A program made the position numbers and the translations under genes. A stretch of 35,923 nucleotides of DNA from an uncultured Roseivirgaceae bacterium (GTDB taxonomy: Bacteria > Bacteroidota > Bacteroidia > Cytophagales > Cyclobacteriaceae): assembly GCA_964423255.1 (NCBI GenBank), contig CAYREN010000005.1, positions 1-35,923 on the forward strand, in the 5' to 3' direction. Shown here piece by piece: positions 9,454-16,679 of this stretch. Numbering within the stretch: position 1 is the first letter of the stretch; each line of letters begins with the position of its first letter. Under the pieces are notes generated by a model. That model was not told where the DNA came from. It made no database searches and saw only the letters and a program-made list of their open reading frames with translations.

Positions 9454-9515
9454 AGATCATCATAGATTCGATATTGGCAAATTTAGCAGAAAATAAATTA
9501 CAAGTTGGTGGAATA

Positions 9516-10595
9516 TCAAATATTGGCTATTTCTTTTAGAAAAATTGATTTTGCCTGATCGACCCACTCTACAAATTTATTGTTTGACTTATAATGTGGT
9601 ATAAAATCCATGAGGAGGGAAATATCAAAAGAAGAACCAATAATTCCTGCACCTGAATTTTTGGCATCAATTGCATTGCACGCCTGCTCATATTGTCCAT
9701 GGACTGGAATCATTAATACTGGCTTTTTGAGGTACATGGCCTCGCAGATAGATTCGAAGCCGGCCGTGGAAATATATCCTTTGCAATTTTCCATAAGCTC
9801 TGTGAACTTTTGGCTATTGATTTGGTGAAATGTGAGGTTTGCTTGAGGGACGTACTTTTCGCGCATATCTTTTCTGTCCCAAAAAAAATGCAATTCAGTA
9901 CCCAAATTATTCCGATGCCATGATATAACTTCCTCTGCATATCCGTCATTGACCATATATCCCAGATAGAAATCACCAATCACATTGCTTTGTTTTTTTG
10001 CATTTAAATTGAGCAGTGGTGGTACAACAACTGTGTTTTTTACTTGAATTGGTTCAAATGGCCTGAATGACAACGCAAGAAACTTGTCGCAGTTTTGAGA
10101 TATTATTTTGTTGTTGAGTAGGAATAGATTCTTTTCAATAATCCTGTTTGGGGCAAATGGAAAATCGGAGTGATTGGTCAAAAACTGATGACCAATGCAT
10201 ATATGTTTAATGTTATTTGTATTGAATAAACGGAAGTATAACCCACCTAAAAATTCATAAAAATTAATAATGACATGGGGTTTGGTTTGCTTTACTTTTT
10301 GATGAATTTTATCAAGGCTTTTTTTAAACTTATTTAGAAATAATGAATTGTAGGCTATGGATCTTGGAAGATTTAGTGCTTTATTTTTCTTGTCGAGAAT
10401 AAAGTTGGGGGAGGGGATAGCTGTTATTTCCGATGCTATTTTTTCTATAAAATATTTTGGAATAACTCTTCGATCACTTTGCCCAATAAATGTATGTACA
10501 ACCTCATGGCCATTAGAATTTAAGATTGAAGCCAACTCAATGGCCTGCGTCATGTGTCCTCTGCCTTCACCCTGTACCAAAAATAAATACTTCAT
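9516..10595 (-). CDS. GT-B fold glycosyltransferase (MurG/GT28-like, MJ1255-type)
   Basis: 359-aa ORF. N-terminus is MKYLFLVQGEGRGHMTQAIELA (G-x-G-x-GH loop). C-terminus is GYISTAGFESICEAMYLKKPVLMIPVHGQYEQACNA (nucleotide-sugar binding E-Q..NA motif). Confidence 0.7.
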   Translation of the reverse strand: MKYLFLVQGEGRGHMTQAIELASILNSNGHEVVHTFIGQSDRRVIPKYFIEKIASEITAIPSPNFILDKKNKALNLPRSIAYNSLFLNKFKKSLDKIHQKVKQTKPHVIINFYEFLGGLYFRLFNTNNIKHICIGHQFLTNHSDFPFAPNRIIEKNLFLLNNKIISQNCDKFLALSFRPFEPIQVKNTVVVPPLLNLNAKKQSNVIGDFYLGYMVNDGYAEEVISWHRNNLGTELHFFWDRKDMREKYVPQANLTFHQINSQKFTELMENCKGYISTAGFESICEAMYLKKPVLMIPVHGQYEQACNAIDAKNSGAGIIGSSFDISLLMDFIPHYKSNNKFVEWVDQAKSIFLKEIANI

Positions 10596-10647
10596 GAATC
10601 AATTTGGAGGATATGCGAAAAGCAAGAAAACGAAGTAAAGTTGATGG

Positions 10648-10896
10648 TTAGTTTTTAGCCTCAATTTTTTTCTTTATATAATTTACTGCCTGCACTATGG
10701 TGGCAAGATGAGAGGAGTCACTATCTGGAATTCTAATATCGAAAGCCTGCTCAAACTCCATGGTTAATTCTGCGTAATCAAGTGAATCAATACCAAGGTC
10801 CTTAGTAAAATTGGCATCCTCTGTAATTTCAGACTCCGAAAGGCCTAATTTTTTAACGAGAATATCTGCTACCTTCAATCCTATTTTCGTATCCAT
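10648..10896 (-). CDS. Acyl carrier protein (stand-alone, not next to fab genes)
   Basis: 82-aa ORF with the phosphopantetheine attachment motif LGIDSLDYAELTMEFEQAFDIRIPD. Confidence 0.85.
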   Translation of the reverse strand: MDTKIGLKVADILVKKLGLSESEITEDANFTKDLGIDSLDYAELTMEFEQAFDIRIPDSDSSHLATIVQAVNYIKKKIEAKN

Positions 10897-11371
10897 CTTC
10901 TGAAAGTTGATTAATGTGTACTAAAAATAATTAAAGTTTAGAACTATTTGTAATCAAATTGAAAGATACAAATTATTATGTTGGCATTTTGACAAGTAGT
11001 CATAAGGGTAATAGATTTTAATTTTGATTTAAAGTTAAAGAATATTAATGCACGATTAAGACAAGTATTTAGATTATTATGTAGCCAATTCTAAAAATGA
11101 ACTGTCAATCTTATTGCATTATAGAATAAATAATAAAATTTATTCAATGAAAAAATGCATGTCGATAATCGGCCAATGACCAATTTGATAAATGCTAATA
11201 ATTGCATGTTTAACAATGTTTTTAGTCGTATTTAGTAAAATTCGATTACCATTGTTTCTGGCTATTTTTTCATATTAAAATTCCTTACATATCGATTAAT
11301 TTTCACTTCTCAATTAAACCTTTTCGATTTCAGGTTCTCTAAGAAGCAAAACAATCTTAAATTATAGTATT

Positions 11372-12268
11372 ATGAAAAAGGTAAAATTTTTAAACTCGTT
11401 AACAAGAAATGCCATCCTTGGATTTGGAATGGCAACGCTAATTTTTTCAGTATCATGTAATGATGATAGTGATGTTGTTTCACCAGTAAGTGAAATTGAT
11501 GATGCCACCTTTGAAGCGGAGTCTGTTGCTCAATCTGATTTTGAAGAGATTGATGACATGACAACCAACTTAATGTTACTTGCAGAAACTAACTCAGGAG
11601 GAAGAGTGGAAAGTATGGAAGATGATAGGTTTCATTGTGCGGAAGTTACTCACGATAAGGAAAACAAAACCATTACTATAGACTTTGGTGATGGATGTAA
11701 AGGGCCAAATGGTGTGGTAAGAAGTGGAATTATTTTCATAACGTACAATGGTCATAGGTTGGTTCCTGGTTCTTACTGGACCGTTACTTTCAGAAATTAT
11801 TATGTGAATAGAAGGCATATCGAAGGTTTGAGAACAGTAACTAATATATCTGAATCTCTAGAGGCCAACCCAAAATTCCATATTGTTTTGGAGGGTGGTA
11901 AAGTGACCTGGCCAGACGAAACATTCGCTACACGACAAGTTGATAAAATCCGCGAGTGGGTAAGAGCAGCAAATCCACTACTGGACGAAACACATATATT
12001 GACGGGAAGTACGTCCAAAGGGATGAACAGAAGGGGAGTAGCTTATAAGACTGAGGTCCTAACAGATTTAATATATAAACGTAACTGTCGTACCGATAGA
12101 AAAGTGAGAATTCCTGTTCAGGGTACCAAAAAAGTAGTCAAGAGAGAAAGTACCTGTGTGATAAACTTTGGAGATGGAGAATGTGATACAATTATAAAGA
12201 TAGTTTGTGGTGACCGTATCAGAACAATCGACAGAGCAAATATTGATAAAGTTCAATCAGACGACTAA
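11372..12268 (+). CDS. Hypothetical lipoprotein (predicted surface exposed)
   Basis: 298-aa ORF with an ATG start. Signal peptide plus lipobox LIFSVSC is followed by the acidic NDDSDVV. An internal FGDG-C motif occurs twice (ITIDFGDGC, VINFGDGEC). Confidence 0.6.
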   Translation: MKKVKFLNSLTRNAILGFGMATLIFSVSCNDDSDVVSPVSEIDDATFEAESVAQSDFEEIDDMTTNLMLLAETNSGGRVESMEDDRFHCAEVTHDKENKTITIDFGDGCKGPNGVVRSGIIFITYNGHRLVPGSYWTVTFRNYYVNRRHIEGLRTVTNISESLEANPKFHIVLEGGKVTWPDETFATRQVDKIREWVRAANPLLDETHILTGSTSKGMNRRGVAYKTEVLTDLIYKRNCRTDRKVRIPVQGTKKVVKRESTCVINFGDGECDTIIKIVCGDRIRTIDRANIDKVQSDD

Positions 12269-12308
12269 ACATCAACAGCAACCAAGAGTGTGGTTAGTTT
12301 ATATTACT

Positions 12309-12348
12309 CCTGCCATTTCCAGCTTACTGGATTTGGCAGGTTTTTTTT
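12309..12348 (+). terminator. Rho-independent terminator
   Basis: CCTGCCA(12309-12315)/TGGCAGG(12334-12340) outer stem plus CCAG/CTGG inner stem, followed by T8 (12341-12348). It lies 41 nt after the stop of the 11372-12268 gene. Confidence 0.65.
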
Positions 12349-12409
12349 GCTCTATGCGTAATTGCATTCAAATGCCATCAAAAATGATATTGCATTTAGC
12401 AACCAAAAA

Positions 12410-13327
12410 TTATTTGTTGCTTCTGGACCGGACATTGTCTTTGGTTGGAAAATCTTCAGGTACTTCAAACGTCACCTCTCTGTCTGCGGCCCATTGGCAA
12501 CCTCTGATAAATGTAGTGATAAATCCAGTACAAGAAAGGGCTTCTTTAGAATGTCCCATGGTTGTATGAAAAACCCTACCCTCACCATATTTCACTGTCA
12601 TGAGTACCGGTTCGTGTCTTTCACTACCCTCATATTTACTAGAGGAAAAGGCTGTTGCTAATATTTCCATGCCCATTGCAGGGCCGCGAAGTCTATTGTA
12701 CAATTCGTCATTAACATGAAGCCACTGATCAGGAATATCTTTCATGATCGGATGACGTGGAGATCGTGTTTCTACTAAAAACTCATACTGAGTATCTTGA
12801 TTCCCTTCAACGCCTGGTGAAGTATCTCTAACTAGGTCACCATTTTTATTATAAAAAATATAAGACCCGGATTTTTCTGTCCGATTTTCCCATCCACCCA
12901 AGCCTATCATATTATTATATCCTTCCCAACCAGAGAATGCATTATCAGCAGCATGAACTACTACAAGGCCGCCACCTAGTGTCATAAATTTTTCTAAATT
13001 TCTTTGGGCCCGTGCAGACCAATTGTCCCCGTTATAAGTCGAGACAATTACATCGTAATTTCTAAATTTGGGGTTGAAATTATCAAGGCTTTCACCTTTC
13101 ATTGGTGAAGTAGCAATATCAATCTGAAACATTCCAGATTCATTGAGCTGTAGTAGCAAAATTGGTGACCATTCTTTCCAGTGACTGTGATGCTTACTTT
13201 GGCCATCAATTAATAAAACTTTTATTTTATTGCCCTTCTTCTTTTTCCCTTCGACTTTGGCAATGGAAGAAAATAAAATTATAAAAAGAAAAATAAGTGC
13301 TATGGAGTATTGAATTACTTTGCTCAT
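12410..13327 (-). CDS. Secreted ThuA-domain protein
   Basis: Contains KVLLIDGQSKHHSHW...YDVIVSTYNGDNW...GGGLVVVHAADNAF...MIGLGGW, the ThuA (PF06283-like) pattern. The track start at 13351 is a TTG. The ATG at 13327 gives MSKVIQYSIALIFLFIILFSSIA, a normal signal peptide. Confidence 0.7.
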   Translation of the reverse strand: MSKVIQYSIALIFLFIILFSSIAKVEGKKKKGNKIKVLLIDGQSKHHSHWKEWSPILLLQLNESGMFQIDIATSPMKGESLDNFNPKFRNYDVIVSTYNGDNWSARAQRNLEKFMTLGGGLVVVHAADNAFSGWEGYNNMIGLGGWENRTEKSGSYIFYNKNGDLVRDTSPGVEGNQDTQYEFLVETRSPRHPIMKDIPDQWLHVNDELYNRLRGPAMGMEILATAFSSSKYEGSERHEPVLMTVKYGEGRVFHTTMGHSKEALSCTGFITTFIRGCQWAADREVTFEVPEDFPTKDNVRSRSNK

Positions 13328-13410
13328 TCTATAAAGCCTGATGCTTACCAAAGTTATTAAAGAAATTGAAACTTACACGAATTTGAGAGAGAAGATAATT
13401 TTTAATTGAT

Positions 13411-14622
13411 CTAACGCAAAAGTAGAGAACTATCTCCATAGCTTAAAAAGCGATAATCATTTGCCAATGCTTCATCATATATTTCTTTCCATTTTTCACC
13501 GGTAAATGCTGAAATCAATAAAAGTAAAGTAGATTTTGGTAGGTGAAAGTTTGTAAAAAGCCCATGAGCAGATCTGATTTTATATCCCGGATATATAAAT
13601 ATTTCCGTTTCTCCATGGAGTTCTGAGAGGTTATTTAAGTCCATATATTTTATTACATAATCCAGGGATTTGCCAAATGAAATATCGTGTTGAAGTTCAT
13701 TTTCATAAGGTAATTTTTTGCTGATGAAAAAATCTGCAGCGGGATTATTCTTCAATAAAACACCAAACCAAAACAGGCTTTCAAGAATCCTTAAAGAAGT
13801 TGTTCCGACGGCGATAATGTTATTACTATTGAGAAGTAAATTTTTTATTGATTCCTTTATTAAAATAATTTGCTCACAATGCATTTCGTGATTTCTGAAA
13901 TCAGTGGCTTCTACAGGCTTGAATGTTCCGGCACTTACATGCAATGTCAGGTACTCCAGTCCGATTTGTTTTGCTTCAATCGTCTTTAAAATGCCCTTGG
14001 TAAAGTGCAACCCGGCTGTAGGAGCAGCCACAGCACCGTTATTTTTTGAATATACAGTTTGGTATCTTTTTGAGTCTTCGGCTATGGGCTTTCTTTTTAA
14101 ATATGGTGGCAATGGCGTTTCACCGACTTTGTTGATAATTTCTGAAAAGGTAATATCTCCTGTCCACTCAAATCGAATTAAATTTTGCTCACGATGGTGA
14201 AACGAAGCTTTCAGGATATTGCTGCTAACATGGAGTATTAATTCTCCTTCCTTCCATTTTTTTTTGTTGCCGATCATACATAGCCACACACATGATTTCG
14301 TCAATGCCATAGACTCCGATATGTCTCTTGATGGTTGCTCGGGGTGCAATAAAAAGATTTCAATTTTAGCGCCAGTGGATTTTTTGAATAGAAGTCTTGC
14401 TGCAATAACTTTCGTGTCGTTGAATACCAAAAGCGAGTTGGAAAGGAGATGTGATGGCGATTGCTCAAAAATATGATGAGAAATATTACCTTTTTTCCAT
14501 AGCAGCAACTTCGATTTTTCCCTTTCTTTCAATGGATGCCTGGCAATGCTTTCTTCTGGCAATTGATAATTGTAATCTTCTATATTGAACGTCGAACTCA
14601 CTATTGATTTTTTATTTGGCAA
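13411..14622 (-). CDS. queA: S-adenosylmethionine:tRNA ribosyltransferase-isomerase
   Basis: Contains DYNYQLPEESIARHPLKEREKSKLLL...VAAPTAGLHFT...HVSAGTF...GTTSLRILES...RFLSYGDSSLL. The start is uncertain. The track start at 14622 is a TTG, and an in-frame GTG at 14601 (7 codons downstream) would give the usual short N-terminus. Confidence 0.9.
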   Translation of the reverse strand: MPNKKSIVSSTFNIEDYNYQLPEESIARHPLKEREKSKLLLWKKGNISHHIFEQSPSHLLSNSLLVFNDTKVIAARLLFKKSTGAKIEIFLLHPEQPSRDISESMALTKSCVWLCMIGNKKKWKEGELILHVSSNILKASFHHREQNLIRFEWTGDITFSEIINKVGETPLPPYLKRKPIAEDSKRYQTVYSKNNGAVAAPTAGLHFTKGILKTIEAKQIGLEYLTLHVSAGTFKPVEATDFRNHEMHCEQIILIKESIKNLLLNSNNIIAVGTTSLRILESLFWFGVLLKNNPAADFFISKKLPYENELQHDISFGKSLDYVIKYMDLNNLSELHGETEIFIYPGYKIRSAHGLFTNFHLPKSTLLLLISAFTGEKWKEIYDEALANDYRFLSYGDSSLLLR

Positions 14623-14688
14623 AGCTAAATAATATCGACATTATGTACCTGAGTTTTTTGGGTTATGATAGTATATTGAAAACTTCAC

Positions 14689-14696
14689 TAAGTTTG
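14689..14696 (+). promoter_or_regulatory. Candidate Bacteroidota -7 promoter box (TAnnTTTG) for menC-like gene
   Basis: TAAGTTTG ends only 5 nt before the ATG at 14702, which implies a leaderless or near-leaderless mRNA. Confidence 0.3.
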
Positions 14697-14701
14697 CAAT
14701 T

Positions 14702-15766
14702 ATGAAGGTAGAGATTGTTAAACACAAACTAAATTTCAAGTTTGTCGCTGGGACTTCCCGTGGTACAATGACCTCGAAAGACAGCTTCTTCATCAAACTT
14801 TATGATCAGGCCAATCCTGCAATATTCGGAATTGGTGAATGTAGTCCGTTGGTTGGGCTAAGCCCCGATTTGAAAGGTAATCTTTCTGCTATGATCCAAC
14901 AATCTATAAAATCCATATCCCAAATTGACGATCTCAATTTGATTCATATTTATGATATAATCCCCAATACATATCCGGCACTTCAATTTGCTATTGAAAC
15001 TGCCATATTAGATTTACAAAATGGAGGAAGAAAAATTTTATTTGACAATGATTTTACGCTTTCTAAAAGTATCATTCCTATTAATGGATTAGTATGGATG
15101 GGGGATAAACCTACCATGTTGCAAAGAATTAAAGATAAAATATCTGATGGATTTAATACCATAAAAATAAAGATTGGAGCTATTAATTTTGATGATGAAC
15201 TGGCTTTGATCAAGCATATCAGAAATGAATATGGCAAAGACAGCATTACAATTAGATTAGATGCCAATGGCGCTTTTCACCCTGAGAAGGCCCTGGGTAT
15301 TCTGGACTGTTTGGCCAAATATGATATCCACTCCATTGAGCAACCCATCATGGCAGGTAATTGGAAAGCTATGGAAAAATTATGTAATCAATCTCCAATA
15401 CCTATTGCCTTGGACGAAGAGTTAATTGGGGTGGGGAACAGGAAAGAGAAAATACAACTGTTGGAAAGCATCAAACCTACATTTATCATTTTGAAGCCAA
15501 CTTTGCTAGGAGGATTGGAGAGAAGTAGGGAATGGATTAATCTTGCAAAAGATAGATCAATTGGCTGGTGGGTTACTTCCGCACTCGAGTCAAATATTGG
15601 ATTAAATGCAATAGCTCAGTTCACAGTCAACTATAAATTGGATTTGCCACAAGGACTGGGTACCGGGCAACTTTTTCACAATAACATCAAGTCACCTTTG
15701 CGCATCGATCGCGGATTTCTAAAATATGATAGTGCGGCAGGTTGGGATATTTCGATTTTAGGTTAA
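14702..15766 (+). CDS. menC: o-Succinylbenzoate synthase-like enolase-superfamily (MLE subgroup) enzyme
   Basis: 354-aa ORF with K-x-K (TIKIKIG), metal ligands RLDANG / SIEQP / ALDEE and a second Lys (ILKPTLLGG). OSBS and dipeptide epimerase cannot be separated by eye. No other men genes are in the window. Confidence 0.6.
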   Translation: MKVEIVKHKLNFKFVAGTSRGTMTSKDSFFIKLYDQANPAIFGIGECSPLVGLSPDLKGNLSAMIQQSIKSISQIDDLNLIHIYDIIPNTYPALQFAIETAILDLQNGGRKILFDNDFTLSKSIIPINGLVWMGDKPTMLQRIKDKISDGFNTIKIKIGAINFDDELALIKHIRNEYGKDSITIRLDANGAFHPEKALGILDCLAKYDIHSIEQPIMAGNWKAMEKLCNQSPIPIALDEELIGVGNRKEKIQLLESIKPTFIILKPTLLGGLERSREWINLAKDRSIGWWVTSALESNIGLNAIAQFTVNYKLDLPQGLGTGQLFHNNIKSPLRIDRGFLKYDSAAGWDISILG

Positions 15767-15794
15767 GATTACAATAATAATACCCAGTAATAAT

Positions 15795-16358
15795 CTATTT
15801 CTTTTCTCCTGCCAAATGAGGATATTGCATAAAAATACTGGCAATTGCCTCTCGGATTTTTAGTTCGGTGAGGGATTCATTTTTTTTCAAAGAACCAGTT
15901 CCAACTCCTTGCCAAATAATTTTTTCCTTTTTTATGTCGATAATATCAATAATTATTGAAGATTCCTTTTTTGATTGGTCTCTGGGCTGATTATATCGAT
16001 TATTATATCCTCCATATCTATTATTGTAATTATAAGAATTGTAGTCATAAGGATAAAAGTTATTGTCATTTACTATTTCAATAGTGTTTTTTGTATTGCC
16101 CTGGATTTTTATCATCAAGTCGGCATCTTGAATACTTTTATAACCGCGTTCTTTCATTTCGTTGGCTACGGCATCAAATAGTACTTTTTGTACATTTTCG
16201 CTAAAAGAAAAATTTGATGCAGGGATATTTTTAGGGTTATAAAATTTAAAAGAATGATAATTCTTGAAGTTTCCAGGAAATGGGGTGTCAGATTGTATAT
16301 TGAATTGTGGGCTACAGGAAATACACGCAATAAAAAAAAGTGATATTAAATATCTCAT
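15795..16358 (-). CDS. DUF4136-like lipoprotein with Asn/Tyr-rich insert
   Basis: The track start is a TTG at 16364, and the ATG two codons in (16358) gives MRYLISLFFIACISC (lipobox). The ends resemble DUF4136 as I recall it (YHSFKF..., ...IIWQGVGTGSL...IASIFMQYP). The central part is NDNNFYPYDYNSYNYNNRYGGYNNRYNQPRDQ. Confidence 0.5.
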   Translation of the reverse strand: MRYLISLFFIACISCSPQFNIQSDTPFPGNFKNYHSFKFYNPKNIPASNFSFSENVQKVLFDAVANEMKERGYKSIQDADLMIKIQGNTKNTIEIVNDNNFYPYDYNSYNYNNRYGGYNNRYNQPRDQSKKESSIIIDIIDIKKEKIIWQGVGTGSLKKNESLTELKIREAIASIFMQYPHLAGEKK

Positions 16359-16514
16359 CTGCAATAAATTAATTATCGATAAATTTCTTAATTTTTAAGG
16401 TAACGCATGTTCAATATCAATATTTGAGTCCTCTTCAACAAATCTTTTTTTTCTATGTAAATAATGTAAAATTCTCAAGAGAATTAGGTTTCAAAGGGAC
16501 AAGTTTTTACTATT

Positions 16515-16679
16515 TAGTGTCTCTAAGAAAACGCCTCATAGTTAAAAATGATTATTATGGCAATCTATTCCTTTTTTTTAATCGATTGATGCTTAGGCAT
16601 CAACTCATAGAAAGAAAATGAAAATCTCATCCATAATAATCCATTTTATAAAAAAAGAACTGTTTTCTTAGAGACACTA
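16515..16679. repeat. 165-bp MITE-like element / long-range inverted repeat
   Basis: TAGTGTCTCTAAGAAAAC (16515-16532) is the perfect reverse complement of GTTTTCTTAGAGACACTA (16662-16679). The spacer is 129 nt and AT-rich, with an internal hairpin TTGATGC-TTAG-GCATCAA (16586-16603). The right arm overlaps the stop codon (16677-16679) of the 559-aa gene. Confidence 0.45.

Noticed and set aside
12410-13327. The ThuA-domain gene as the ThuA/ThuB-type partner of the Gfo/Idh/MocA oxidoreductase at 25873-27249.
   Set aside because: The two genes are ~12.5 kb apart and separated by unrelated housekeeping and accessory genes. There is no shared operator, so no linkage can be claimed from this window.
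13328-13351. N-terminal extension MVSIRLYR of the ThuA-domain ORF. Similar extensions apply to the DUF4136-like ORF (16359-16364) and queA (TTG at 14622).
   Set aside because: The track translates non-ATG codons (TTG) as Met. For the ThuA-domain and DUF4136-like ORFs, an internal ATG gives a canonical signal peptide and is preferred. For queA the alternative is an in-frame GTG at 14601, and that start remains ambiguous.
16424-16621. 65-aa plus-strand ORF in the spacer between the DUF4136-like gene and the toxin-like gene.
   Set aside because: It has a TTG start and an F/L/Y/N-rich product driven by AT-rich DNA. It overlaps the left arm and interior of the MITE-like inverted-repeat element, so it is more likely non-coding.
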